DNA of 63,915 nt, the filler included, from Reclinomonas americana ATCC 50394 (Eukaryota), in assembly GCA_048213135.1 (NCBI GenBank). It is 45 parts of 45 records of this genome, joined end to end, with 100 filler letters (N's around TTAATTAATTAA, not from the genome) between each part and the next. Parts side by side here need not be neighbours in the genome. Positions count along the whole stretch, not along the records: positions 11,432 to 12,760 come from AFZH01025822.1; positions 12,861 to 14,189 come from AFZH01025823.1; positions 14,290 to 15,618 come from AFZH01025824.1; positions 15,719 to 17,046 come from AFZH01025825.1; positions 17,147 to 18,471 come from AFZH01025826.1; positions 18,572 to 19,898 come from AFZH01025828.1; positions 19,999 to 21,325 come from AFZH01025829.1; positions 21,426 to 22,749 come from AFZH01025830.1; 37 more parts are not named here. The stretch is one strand, 5' to 3'. The translations under genes and the position numbers were made by a program. Below, in pieces: positions 11,432 to 22,849 of this stretch. The notes beneath the pieces are model-generated. The model was not told where the DNA came from. It made no database searches and saw only the letters and a program-made list of their open reading frames with translations. Each line of letters begins with the position of its first letter. The stretch's first letter is position 1.

Positions 11432-12760
11432 GAGGCCGACTCGGCTGGTGGCCGGGCGACAGCGCTGCTGGCCGACGATGTGCTGGACAAGTTTGTGGGT
11501 CGTGAGAAGCCCACGGACAAGGTATGGTATCGCGAATGGCTGCACGACTCTGTTGTCCTCATCGCTCGTTGTTCTTGCTGCAGGTGCTGGTGGTGGCCGG
11601 GTGGTCCGGTGGCGGCAAGTCTGTGCTGCTGCGCCAGCTGACCACTCGCCTGCACGAGCGAGCCGATACGCTGGTGCTGTCGGCCCGACTATCCGGCATT
11701 CCTCACGCGGAGGTGTTGCGCAGACCAGGAGCTCTGTTGCCCCACCTGCTCCATGAGGCCAACGAAGCTGTGACTGACAGCTCTCTGCACGTGACGGAGG
11801 ATGAGGTGAGTCGCTGCTCTTTGCACCTCCGTCTTGTATGCTATGGCCTCACGTCTGCGCGCGTCAATCACACAGCTGCCTCACATTGGCACCATTGTGC
11901 TGGTGCTGGACGGATACGACGAGTGCGGAGAGCTGCCCGGCAACCTGTATGTCGACCACCATTTGAGCGTTTCGTGAACTACTTCTGCTGCTGCTGTGTG
12001 TGTGCGTGTGTTTGGAGATAGAGACAGATGGAGGACTTACACTCCTCGTTCCGCTGCAGTTCTGGTCCAACGTTCTTCTGGTGGTGTCGGTGCGACGCGA
12101 GTTGATTAGCCGCCTCGGCAATTTGTGGGCGGAGGGGCACTTCATACCAGTGGACCCGACCATGTCGCGTGCGGAGCGGTTCCACCAACCGGAGCGCACA
12201 CTGGCGCGTTGCATGCTTCGTCTGTTTGCCAAAGACGACATGGATTTGTTTCTACAAAAGTTTCGTGCATGTGTCCACTCCTGTCTGCCACGAGAAAGCA
12301 TGCTCACTGTGGTCAACGTTGAACAGGTTCGTGGAGTCGCGTGCAGATCACTCGCGCTCTTGGAGCGAATACAAGCACCGCATCGAGCGCACGCCAGGAC
12401 TGGAGGGACTCGCATCGTCGGTGAGTGCAGTGTGCTGGAATCGGAGAAGTGTTTGATGCGACTCGATTCTCACTCTCTTGAGTCGTGCTTTGTGCAGCCA
12501 CTGATGTTGAACATGATTGTTCTGGTGACCGATGACCTGGAGCGACTGCAGCACACGCAAAGTGGTGCGTCATTCACGCGAATGACTCGTGCGCGCTTGT
12601 ATGAGGCGTTCGCCAAGCACAAACTGCAATGGGAGTTTGAGCATCATAATGCACACATTCGTCAGGTGTGTTGCTTGCTCCTCGACTCTGCAGAGTGTGC
12701 ACAAGAATAGGCTCACCAGACTCCTCCGGATCCTGTGCGTTGGCAGCTGTTCGGTGACGA
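11432..12760 (+). CDS. NACHT/STAND NTPase (NLR-like), partial, about 6 introns
   Basis: After splicing: Walker A VLVVAGWSGGGKS, Walker B VLVLDGYDE, NLYVDHHL, WSEYKHRIERTPGLEGLASSPLMLNMI and RMTRARLYEAF. Confidence 0.85.
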
Positions 12761-12883
12761 NNNNNNNNNNNNNNNNNNNNNNNNNNNNNNNNNNNNNNNN
12801 NNNNTTAATTAATTAANNNNNNNNNNNNNNNNNNNNNNNNNNNNNNNNNNNNNNNNNNNNAATGTGTGTGAGAGAGAGAGTGC

Positions 12884-12927
<44 letters not shown>

Positions 12928-13108
12928 AGCAAGAGAAGTTGAGGTGGGTTTGACAGTCACATTCAGAGAAAGAAAAGGAGGAATGTGTGCGCGTGTGTGT
13001 GTGAGAGAGAGAGACAGCAAGAGAGCAAAGAGAGAAGTCGAGGAGCGATTGACAATCACCAACACCCCATTCGATCATTCCTCACTCTCTTCTTTCCGTC
13101 TCACACAG

Positions 13109-13495
13109 GCGGCCACCGAGCGATATGCCACCTCCGACCGCGCGCCCATTGACCAATTCCAATACGCCACCGCTCTCGTGTGGAGCCCGGTGAACTCACA
13201 GATTCCACACGGTCTGTCGCTGCTGGCGGCGCTGCGCAGTCGCGACTTGTACGTGCGCGAGGTGTTGTATGAGATCGGGTGCGGCATGTACCGGCTGGGC
13301 CAGTACGCCGAGTGCCTGCGTGTGGTCGATGATATGCTGGCGATTTGCGATGATTCGTCGCAGGCGGAGCGGCTGCGTGAGGCGGCGGAGACCAAGCTGA
13401 GGGTGGACGGGAAGCGCGGGTGGGGTCTGATTGTCGGGGCGGCGGCGGTGGCTGTCGCGGGCGCGGTGGCGATTGGCAAGTTGAGGAAGAAGTAA
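13109..13495 (+). CDS. FIS1: Mitochondrial fission protein Fis1 (last exon)
   Basis: QFQYATALVWS..HGLSLL, EVLYEIGCGMYRLGQY, SQAERL, and a tail anchor GWGLIVGAAAVAVAGAVAIG followed by KLRKK. Confidence 0.9.
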   Translation, partial: AATERYATSDRAPIDQFQYATALVWSPVNSQIPHGLSLLAALRSRDLYVREVLYEIGCGMYRLGQYAECLRVVDDMLAICDDSSQAERLREAAETKLRVDGKRGWGLIVGAAAVAVAGAVAIGKLRKK

Positions 13496-13613
13496 CAACA
13501 CAAACAACAACGGTGGTACATTTTTTCACATCGATCATTAACACGTGAGAGGAGAAACCTTAACGCCAAACACACACACGCAAAAGCAAAACAAGGGAGA
13601 AGGGGGAGGATTT

Positions 13614-14189
13614 TTAGTGCAGTTTTTGAACAAGAACCGGCAACTTGGTCACCGCGCTCGACTTGACGGGCGACCGGTGGTGGTGGTGGTGATGCTGCTG
13701 CTGTTGCATCGACTGTACAATGAGCGGGTGCGGCAGGGGCGCCTGTGGAGCCGGCAGGTGGTGGTGATGGTGCTGCTGCTGCTGCTGCTGCGGGAAGTGA
13801 TGGTGCTGTTGCTGCTGCTGTTGGGAGGCCCCAGCGGCAAGCATCGACATCATCGCCGAGAGAATGGGTGGAGGTGGGGCGTGGTGTGGGGAGCCGAGTG
13901 TGGCACCGAGCTCGCGCGCCGTCGCCGCCACCCATTTGCTGGTGGTGGCACGACGGGCGGTGGCCGACGTCGTCAGGGCGGAGGGCGGCGACAGGGCAGA
14001 CGATGCGCTGGCACCGATTGCCCCCTGTGTCGCCGCGCTAATGGTGAGCTCGCGAGCCGTCGACGGACCAGTGGCCACCACACGCCGCTTGTGCGCAGCA
14101 GCCGAGGCAGCTGTGCACGACGCTGGCGGCGACAACGGACCGACCTTCAGTGGCGGCACCGGGCGAGCGCAGCGCGCCACATCGTCCAG
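13614..14189 (-). CDS. 3' end of a Gln/His-rich low-complexity protein, convergent with FIS1
   Basis: Open frame with polyQ/polyH tracts ending VQKLH*. Confidence 0.5.
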   Translation of the reverse strand: MDDVARCARPVPPLKVGPLSPPASCTAASAAAHKRRVVATGPSTARELTISAATQGAIGASASSALSPPSALTTSATARRATTSKWVAATARELGATLGSPHHAPPPPILSAMMSMLAAGASQQQQQQHHHFPQQQQQQHHHHHLPAPQAPLPHPLIVQSMQQQQHHHHHHRSPVKSSAVTKLPVLVQKLH

Positions 14190-14289
14190 NNNNNNNNNNN
14201 NNNNNNNNNNNNNNNNNNNNNNNNNNNNNNNNNTTAATTAATTAANNNNNNNNNNNNNNNNNNNNNNNNNNNNNNNNNNNNNNNNNNNN

Positions 14290-15618
14290 TCAGCACATTC
14301 GGTGTGATCAGTGGCGGCAGTGTGACGACGGTTGGCACACTGCAGAGTGGCTCAGTCAGCACATTCGGTGTGATCAGCGGCGGTAGTGTGACGACGGTTG
14401 GCACACTGCAGAGTGGCTCAGTCAGCACATTCGGTGTGATCAGCGGCGGTAGTGTGACGACGGTGGGTACACTGCAGAGCAGCTCGGTCAGCACATTCGG
14501 TGTGATCAGCGGTGGCAGTGTGACGACGGTGGGTTCGTTGCAGAGCAGTTCGGTCAGCACATTCGGTGTGATCAGCGGTGGCAGTGTGACGACGGTTGGT
14601 TCATTGCAGAGCAGTTCGGTCAGCACATTCGGTGTGATCAGCGGTGGCAGTGTGACGACGGTTGGTTCATTGCAGAGCAGCTCGGTCAGCACATTCGGTG
14701 TGATCAGTGGCGGCAGTGTGACGACAGTGGGTTCGTTGCAGAGTGGCTCAGTCAGCACATTCGGTGTGGTTAGCGGCGGCAGTGTGACGACGGTGGGCAC
14801 ACTGCAGAGCAGCTCGGTCAGCACATTCGGTGTGGTTAGCGGCGGCAGTGTGACGACGGTTGGCACACTGCAGAGTGGCTCAGTCAGCACATTCGGTGTG
14901 ATCAGCGGTGGCAGTGTGACGACGGTGGGCACGCTTGAGAGTGGCTCAGTCAGCACATTCGGCGTGATCAGCGGCGGCAGCATCACAACCGCTGGCTCGC
15001 TGCAGGTCGGGAGCATCAGCACTCTGGGTAGCATCAGCGCTGGCGGTGTTGTTACCGGCGGTAGCGTGACGACGGCTGGCTCTCTGCAGGGCGGCAGCAT
15101 CAGCACTCTCGGCGTGATCAATGCTGGCGGTCTGATTACTGGCGGTAGTGTGACAACCGCTGGTTCTCTGCAAGGCGGTAGCGTCAGCACCCTCGGTGTG
15201 ATCAATGCTGGCGGTGTGATTACTGGCGGCAGTGTGACAACCGCTGGTTCGCTGCAAGGCGGCAGCATCAGCACTCTCGGCGTCATCAACGCTGGTGGCT
15301 TGATCACTGGCGGCAGTGTGACGACAGCTGGCACTGTGCAAGGCCTGTCTCTGAGTGCATCCGGCGTCATCAGCGGTGGCAGTGTGACCACCGTGGGCTC
15401 ACTGCAAGGCGGTAGCATCAGCACCCTCGGCGTCATCAATGCCGGTGGTGTGATTACTGGCGGCAGTGTGACGACTGCTGGCACTATGCAGGGCCTGTCT
15501 CTGAGTGCATCCGGCGTCATCAGCGGTGGCAGTGTGACCACCGTGGGCTCTCTGCAAGGCGGCAGCATCAGTACACTCGGCGTGATCAATGCTGGCGGGC
15601 TGATTACTGGCGGAAGTG
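14290..15618 (+). CDS. Gly/Ser/Thr/Val beta-solenoid repeat protein (adhesin/fibre-like), internal fragment
   Basis: About eleven 22-aa (66-bp) repeats GVISGGSVTTVGTLQSGSVSTF grading into 28-aa GVINAGGLITGGSVTTAGSLQGGSISTL. Variation is mostly at third codon positions of the + frame. Confidence 0.8.
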
Positions 15619-15718
15619 NNNNNNNNNNNNNNNNNNNNNNNNNNNNNNNNNNNNNNNNNNNNTTAATTAATTAANNNNNNNNNNNNNNNNNNNNNNNNNN
15701 NNNNNNNNNNNNNNNNNN

Positions 15719-16756
15719 CTTTGGTGGCAAGACCAATGTCGGTGAGATGCCCGCCGAGGTGCTGGTGGGCGAGTTTGCCAGCATCTCCGAGGCTGCTGCC
15801 TCGGCCGCCGCTGCCGCCAAGGAAGACAAGAGTCCCGAAAGCTCGCCGAGGCAGTCGCCGGCCGCACGCCGGTCGCCGCTCGAGAAGCGCCTGTCGTCCA
15901 AGGACGGTGTGCGCGAGCTGTATCGCGAGTTGTCCACGTCCATCCAGAAGAAGCGTCTCTCGGCGCCCGTGTCGCCGCGTCGTCGCAGCTCTCTCGATCA
16001 GACCGGCATGCCTTCTGGTCTCGCAACCGAGGGCGACTCCACGGGACTGAGCGGTTCGTATTACCCCGTTTTCCCCCCGCGCCAACCTGCTGTTTCTCAA
16101 TGCAAATCGTGCACCGGCCTCCAGCATTCATTGTCCAGAGTCCAATGGGCGAGGCGGGCAGCGTGCCTCCCACCCTGCGTGGCGCCTCGAATGCGTCGCT
16201 CATCGCTCCGCCGCGACGCACTGGCATCTCGCCCTCAGCGCCGGTCACTCCGCGCGGCCACGTGTCGATGGACCACTCGCCGTTTGCGCCGTCCACCACC
16301 GCCGCTACTGGCACGGGATCGGCGGCCCCGCCGACAGTGATGCGCTCTTCCAGCGGCCTGACGGTACTGGTGTCGCCGCCGAATCGGCGCACACCGCCGT
16401 CGTCGGTGGAAATGCCGCAAGACGGAGACTTGGAGGACGAACTTGCCGGCATCCCGTTCACCCCACCCGGCTCCGAATCCGTGCCACCGCCGCCGATTCT
16501 GGCGTCGCCACCTGTTTCCCTGGCCGGCATGGCGCGCCGCCTGTCACCGACACGCACCCTGTCGACCGCCTCTGTGGGGTCGATGAGCGGCAGTATTTCC
16601 AATCCAACGTCGCCGCGGCGCGTCTCGCTGGCGTCGCGCCAGCCGCTGCAAAAGGCCTCCACGGCGGCCACACTGGCGCACTCGCCACCGCAGCTGCCGC
16701 CACCGTTGCAGCACCGCGCCAGCTCCTCGAGTGTGCGTAGAGGGTCACTTGGGCAG
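15719..16756 (+). CDS. Ser/Pro-rich unknown protein (partial, spliced)
   Basis: Two long frames joined by a phase-1 GTTCGT..CCAG intron; ends at CAG|GTGTGT. Confidence 0.55.
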
Positions 16757-16792
16757 GTGTGTGGCGGTAGGAAGGAGGGAGAGGGGAGGGGT

Positions 16793-16833
<41 letters not shown>

Positions 16834-16893
16834 AGGGAGGAGTGTCTTACGTCAAGTTGTCTGTGTGTGTCTGTGTGTGTGTGTGTCTGTGTC

Positions 16894-16959
<66 letters not shown>

Positions 16960-17146
16960 TCACTGGAATCGTTGTGTCTTTCTGTGCGTCTCTGTACCTG
17001 TTTGTGTCTGTCAGTTTCTCTATGTCTGTGTATGTACCTTTCTCTTNNNNNNNNNNNNNNNNNNNNNNNNNNNNNNNNNNNNNNNNNNNNTTAATTAATT
17101 AANNNNNNNNNNNNNNNNNNNNNNNNNNNNNNNNNNNNNNNNNNNN

Positions 17147-17187
<41 letters not shown>

Positions 17188-17440
17188 TCTCTCTCTCTCT
17201 CTTTCTCTCTCTCTCTCACACACACACACTTGCTCAGCTACTTGTTCTCTGCTTGTCTGTGCTCTTACTCTCTCTCTCTCTCTCTATGTCTCCCTCTCTC
17301 TCGCTCTCTCTTTCTCGTTCACTCTCCCCAGGTAAAGCGCTTTGTTGTCGTCTTCGCATCCCGTTGTCTGCCTTCTCCCTTTCCTCTCTCATTCCCTCTC
17401 CTCTATTCTCCTCACCGCTCTCTCTCTCTCCCTCTGCCAG

Positions 17441-18269
17441 CCCTTCACCGTGTCACTCGTCGGCAACGTGCTGGACAAGCTGCCGGACTCGGCCACGCTG
17501 CACATTGGTGCGTGTTTGTCTGCCCTCTATATCTCTGGTCTCCATTTCCAACCTCTCCTCCCCTCCACACAGCCATTGCGTACAACAGTCACGAACTGTT
17601 GGACCAGCACCTGCCGCTGTGCGATCCGCAAACCACAATCAAGTGCCCAAGTGCGCCGTGCATCTCTTGTTCCGCCTGTCCTTTTCCGCGTCCTCATCAT
17701 CTCTTCTCCCTCGTGTGCAGTCCCCCTCGGCCCATACACCAACAACTACACGGCAGAGCTGCCGCCGACATTCCCCGCCGGACGCTACGCCGGCAACATC
17801 ACAGTGTCGGCGGAGGACGGCACGGTGGAGATTACGTGTGTGCGCTTCGACTTTGATGTGGAGGACGGAAATGACGGCCGCATCGAGGTGACGCCATTGA
17901 ATATGGTGGAGATCGCCGACCCTGTTATTGACGACGACGACGACGACGGCTCGATGCCGCTGCTCAACGATGACATGATTCGAAGGATTAATGCGCGACC
18001 GGATGGTCTGTGGCGTGCGGCACGGCATTCAAGATTCGCCCGAATGACCGTCGCCGATGCGCGCTCCATGTTGTCGCCGAGACTGGAGCGGGCCAGCATT
18101 GATGCGCCGCCGCTTTATCTGCACTCAATACGCCTCCCGTCGTCGTGCGTCGTGCACCACAGTCGCGATTGTTGGTGATATTCACAAGTCTCAATACGTG
18201 GATGTACGCAGGTTTGATGCGCGGAACCAATGGCCCGACTGCATGAATGCGATTGCTGATCAAGGGCCG
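17441..18269 (+). CDS. ML (MD-2/NPC2-like) domain fused to pro-cathepsin B (C1A), partial
   Basis: LPLCDPQTTIKCPIPLGPY..LPPTFPAGRY..EITCVRFDF, then LLNDDMIRRINA..WRA..SRFARMTVADARSML and LPSSFDARNQWPDCMNAIADQG. Confidence 0.85.
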
Positions 18270-18429
18270 GTGCGTTGTGGGCTGTGTTGTTAGTCTCTTC
18301 ACGTGTTGCAGTTTTCGTGGAGTCCTATTCGATCCCTCTCTCCTCCCTGTTTGTCTTTAACGCTCACTCCTCACTATCTTCCTGCAGCTCTTGCCTGCCT
18401 GCTCTCACTGTCTCGCATTTTTCTCTCTC

Positions 18430-18469
<40 letters not shown>

Positions 18470-18605
18470 TCNNNNNNNNNNNNNNNNNNNNNNNNNNNNN
18501 NNNNNNNNNNNNNNNTTAATTAATTAANNNNNNNNNNNNNNNNNNNNNNNNNNNNNNNNNNNNNNNNNNNNAGAACAGTGGCATACACGACAGAGAGAGA
18601 TATCA

Positions 18606-19898
18606 CACCTCGGAGTAACCACGCACATCCACCAATACCAGAGGTCGCTCAACGGCATCCACCATGGCATCACCTCGCAGACCACTCCTCTGCAGGCCTC
18701 TCGTTTCAGTTGTGGTGAACTTTCATGAAACGGCACTGAACCGTGCTCACCTCGATAAACTTGCTCATGCACTGGAGAGCTCCTTCAACTGATTTGGGCG
18801 TCTTGCTGCGTGCGTTCTGGACAGTGTACCACAGACTCCTGCTCAAAAGATCCAAGACCGTCGACGATGGGCTGCCCGCTCCCGATGACGGAATTACACA
18901 CTTCTTGCATGCGAGGTCAACGAGAACGCGCCGATGATGAAGAACCGTGGATCTCATTACGAAAGGAGCCATGAAACCGAATGCCGTCACCAGTAACATC
19001 TTCCTGTTGCAGCTCTGCACGCAGTACGACCGGTGCCATGAGCACGTGCACTAGAGATCTAGATATGACAATGCCAAGAAGCCTTACTTCGGTGTTACGG
19101 ACATGCACACGCAACTAGGAGTCTGTTCAGTATCGATTGCTCGCCCTCGCTCAAGTCTTCAGTGAGTGCACGACGGCCACACTTGCCGCGCTGCAATCAA
19201 TCGCGTATCATCCACAATCAACAAGTCTGCCTCCTTCGCCGCCGACGTGCCACCGTGAACAATCCAAACCTTACTCGGCTTTGATTCTTCGTCATCGTCA
19301 ACGCCCACATCCACCTGTGAACGCAAGGCATCAATGTTTGGCTGGGTGCGACGCAATCATCAACTGTCCTCTGCGTACCATGTCTGCATCATCGCCTTCA
19401 TCTTCGTCGTCGCCCTCACCTCCATCGCCTTCCTCCCTCCCATCCTCCATCGTCATCGTCCCTGCAGATTCTGCAACACCTGTCACTGCGTCGTGTGACT
19501 TGTGTAACGGCGCCAGTCGCAGTAGAATACAGACCTTTCGACTGACACCACGTGATGGCGCGTGATACCTCGGTCCCAGAGAGACACTTGTCTCGAAGCA
19601 GTGCAACCATGAGACCACGACACTCGCGGAGCGCAGTCATGGCTTGCGTGACGAAAAATGGCAGAAATTGATTGCTCTGATTCTTGCTATGGAGTGGCAG
19701 TTTTCCCCACGATTCCTGTCACACACGAACCGAGTGAGCTTCGACCACAGCAGCAAACAGCGCGCACACAATGTGCAACGAAGTTCACCTCCGAATGCCC
19801 GCGTTCGTCCACGACAATCAGTGGTCTCTCAACAGCATCCACCAGAGCGACGCCACAGAGTTCACTCATCTGCAGGTTGCAATCATCTGAAGGGTGGC
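18606..19898 (-). CDS. Unknown multi-exon protein with a long internal repeat
   Basis: Spliced exons; ALVDAVERPLIVVDERGHSE| (~19850-19790) recurs as AMVDAVERPLVLVDVRGYSE| (~18670-18608) with the same donor position. Confidence 0.5.
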
Positions 19899-19998
19899 NN
19901 NNNNNNNNNNNNNNNNNNNNNNNNNNNNNNNNNNNNNNNNNNTTAATTAATTAANNNNNNNNNNNNNNNNNNNNNNNNNNNNNNNNNNNNNNNNNNNN

Positions 19999-21325
19999 CT
20001 GCTCAAGGCCACTGCTGACCACGAAGCACTAGAACCACGAGATGTCCACGTCACACCAGAGTCATAGGACGTGTAAATCTGACCAGCTGCCACCACCGCC
20101 ACGAGGAAAGTGCCGTCACTGCTGGAGGCCACTGCCCACCAGATGCGACTGGAATCACGAGCCGTCCACGTCACGCCTGAATCGGTGGAGGTATAGATCT
20201 GGCCACTAAAAACACCGGCCACCAGCTTGGTGCCGTCGCTGCTGGAAGCCAAAGAGTACCAACTGCGATTGGAGTCTCGCGGTGCCCACGTAACGCCTGA
20301 GTCAGTGGAGGTGAAGATTCGCCCTCCACTCACAACTGTCACCAGCTTGGTGCCGTCACTGCTGGAGGCCACTGCCTGCCACAGGCGATTGGAGTCACGT
20401 GCTGTCCAAGAGACACCAGAGTCAGTAGAGGTGTAGATCTGCCCTCCGTTGTTAGCAGCCACCAGCTTCGTGCCGTCACTGCTGGAGGCCACTGACAACC
20501 AATTGCGATTGGAATCACGAGCCGTCCACGTCGCTCCAGAATCGGTGGACGAGTAGAGCTGACCCGAATTGTTTGCAGCCACCAGCTTGGAGCCGTCGCT
20601 GCTGGAGGCCACTGAAACCCAGTTGCGATTTGAATCACGAGCTGTCCACGACACGCCAGAGTCGACGGAGGTGTAAATCTGGCCATTTTGAACAACAGCC
20701 AGCAGCTTCGTACCGTCAATACTGGAGGCGATTGAACGCCACGCGCCAGCAACTCCTGAGGCACTTATAGTGCAGTTCACATTGGATACGCACATGGGCC
20801 CTGATTACAAACCTTGTCAGCATTTACAAAACAACAACGAACGCAGCAAACTCTGCTCCACTCACCAGCAAACTGACTTGTGCAGGCACATGTTCCATTC
20901 GTGCCACACGTTCCACGACTCGAGCACGTCACCGATGGACTGCAGTTGCAGCTAGCATTCGCGTAGTCGCCAGTGCATTGACATGTACCGTCACTCGGAT
21001 TGAGTGTGCCGTGATACGAGCACACAGCGCACCCGCCGAGATTCAACGTGTACACCTGACCACCGTTCACAGTAAGTACCAACTTGCTGCCGTCGCTGCT
21101 AGAGGCCACTCCAGTCCAGTTGCGACTGGAGTCACGAGCCGTCCACGAGACACCGGAGTCAGTGGACGTGTAGACCTGCCCGTTCGCCACCACGGCCACC
21201 AGGTCGATACCGTCACCACTGGAGGCCACGAATCGCCATGCACGATTTGAATCACGAGCCGTCCACGTCAAGCCAGAGTCCGTCGACGTGTATATCTGGC
21301 CTACGTTGACACTGGCCACCAACTT
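19999..21325 (-). CDS. BNR/Asp-box beta-propeller repeats interrupted by EGF-like domains (partial, intron 20865-20801)
   Basis: 38-aa repeats WTARDSNRNWxSVASSSDGTKLVAxxxxGQIYTSTDSG; EGF-like CSYHGT..CQC and CSSRGTCGTNGTCACTSQFAGPMC. Confidence 0.88.
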
Positions 21326-21425
21326 NNNNNNNNNNNNNNNNNNNNNNNNNNNNNNNNNNNNNNNNNNNNTTAATTAATTAANNNNNNNNNNNNNNNNNNN
21401 NNNNNNNNNNNNNNNNNNNNNNNNN

Positions 21426-21826
21426 TGGTGCGGCTGTTAAAGAGAAAAGAGAACACGAACATTAGCAACTACTCATCGCTCTCCCTCTTATGTGCTGCAC
21501 GTCACTCACCGGCGACACCGCCGACCAGGTCACCCACGTTCTTGCCGTCAAAGTACTTTGAGATCACCGAGAGCCAGAAAGCCTGCACCTTGATGCCAGC
21601 CGCATCGAGCACAGCCTTCAGCTTGTCGGGCTGTGCGTGTGTGTAGAGGGCACCAAATCAGGTCTCGTGACGAATCAACAACACCCACGCCGTCACCAAC
21701 ACGCCCCGTCTCTCCAACACCAAACGTGCGTGTGTGCAGTGAAGAAAACGCAACAGTCACGGCGACTCCATCATCAGCCAGCATCAGAGCGGCGTAGACG
21801 ACTGCCTGTTCCTCGTGTCCGGACAT
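21426..21826 (-). CDS. RPLP1: 60S acidic ribosomal protein P1 (5' part, 2 coding introns)
   Basis: MSGHEEQAVVYAALMLADDGVAVT|PDKLKAVLDAAGIKVQAFWLSVISKYFDGKNVGDLV. Confidence 0.93.
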
Positions 21827-22672
21827 TCCTGATCTGTGTGGCAGGATGGGGGAAGGGGGAGAGGTGGTGAGGGGCACTGTGTGATGGTCATGTCGATGCC
21901 CACACAGCCCGCGCTTTTCTCTCTGCCCCAACTCTGGAGGCCAGCCCCCCCTCCTTTTCTCAGGAAGCACACACATCGTGCACGAGCGGAGACGGTGAAG
22001 AAATCGCAGAGAATGGGCGTGGCCGCCAAGACGAGTCCACATGTGGCTCCCACTCACGACACACTCCACACACACGCAAAGAGGAGCTTGTACGAGACAA
22101 AGAAGCCAAAGCGTGTGCATATACACCAGCACTCGTGAAACACGACATAAACACTGTGCACAGGAGCGGGAGTGTGCGTGTGTGTACCGCACATGCACAT
22201 GCCATGCACACCACCATACACGGACACACTAGCCGACACTCTTCTCCAGAAATGGATAGTCCTGCGTGCCAGAAAGACACCACACACACTAGGACGACTG
22301 TCGAGAGAGAGTGCGGGGACTCACCAATCAACGCGCACGACCTTGCGAATTATGTGAGAGTGGACAATCAAGAGCGAGCGACTGTCCAACACACACACAC
22401 ACACACACGCCTGTGAGTCCTGCGTGAAGCAACAAACCCCACGCACAACGCATTCATTGTGAGGTGCCTCTCTCACTTCGTTGATGACCTTCTGCCCTGC
22501 TTCACTTGTTGGCTTGTTGACTCTCTGTGGAGTTGCACAAAGTACTCTGCAAGCACTCACTCACTCTCTCTCTCTCTCTTGCAAACGCACTCGATGAGGC
22601 TATCGTCTGAGAGACTGTGTGTGCGTGCAAGTGCGTTGTGTATGTGTGAGTTGTGTGTGTGCGTGTGTGTGT

Positions 22673-22726
<54 letters not shown>

Positions 22727-22849
22727 TAGGTTCGGTGAACGAAAGGCAANNNNNNNNNNNNNNNNNNNNNNNNNNNNNNNNNNNNNNNNNNNNTTAATTA
22801 ATTAANNNNNNNNNNNNNNNNNNNNNNNNNNNNNNNNNNNNNNNNNNNN

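Noticed and set aside
14234..15589. 451-aa antisense ORF with PTVVTLPPLITP repeats
   Set aside because: It is a mirror of the + strand repeat; substitutions are mostly synonymous in the + frame.
17325..17345. Possible 5-12 nt microexon upstream of the ML domain
   Set aside because: Phase and donor cannot be fixed without the upstream exon or RNA data.
21834..22324. snoRNA in the long RPLP1 5'-UTR intron
   Set aside because: No convincing C/D or H/ACA box arrangement is visible by eye.
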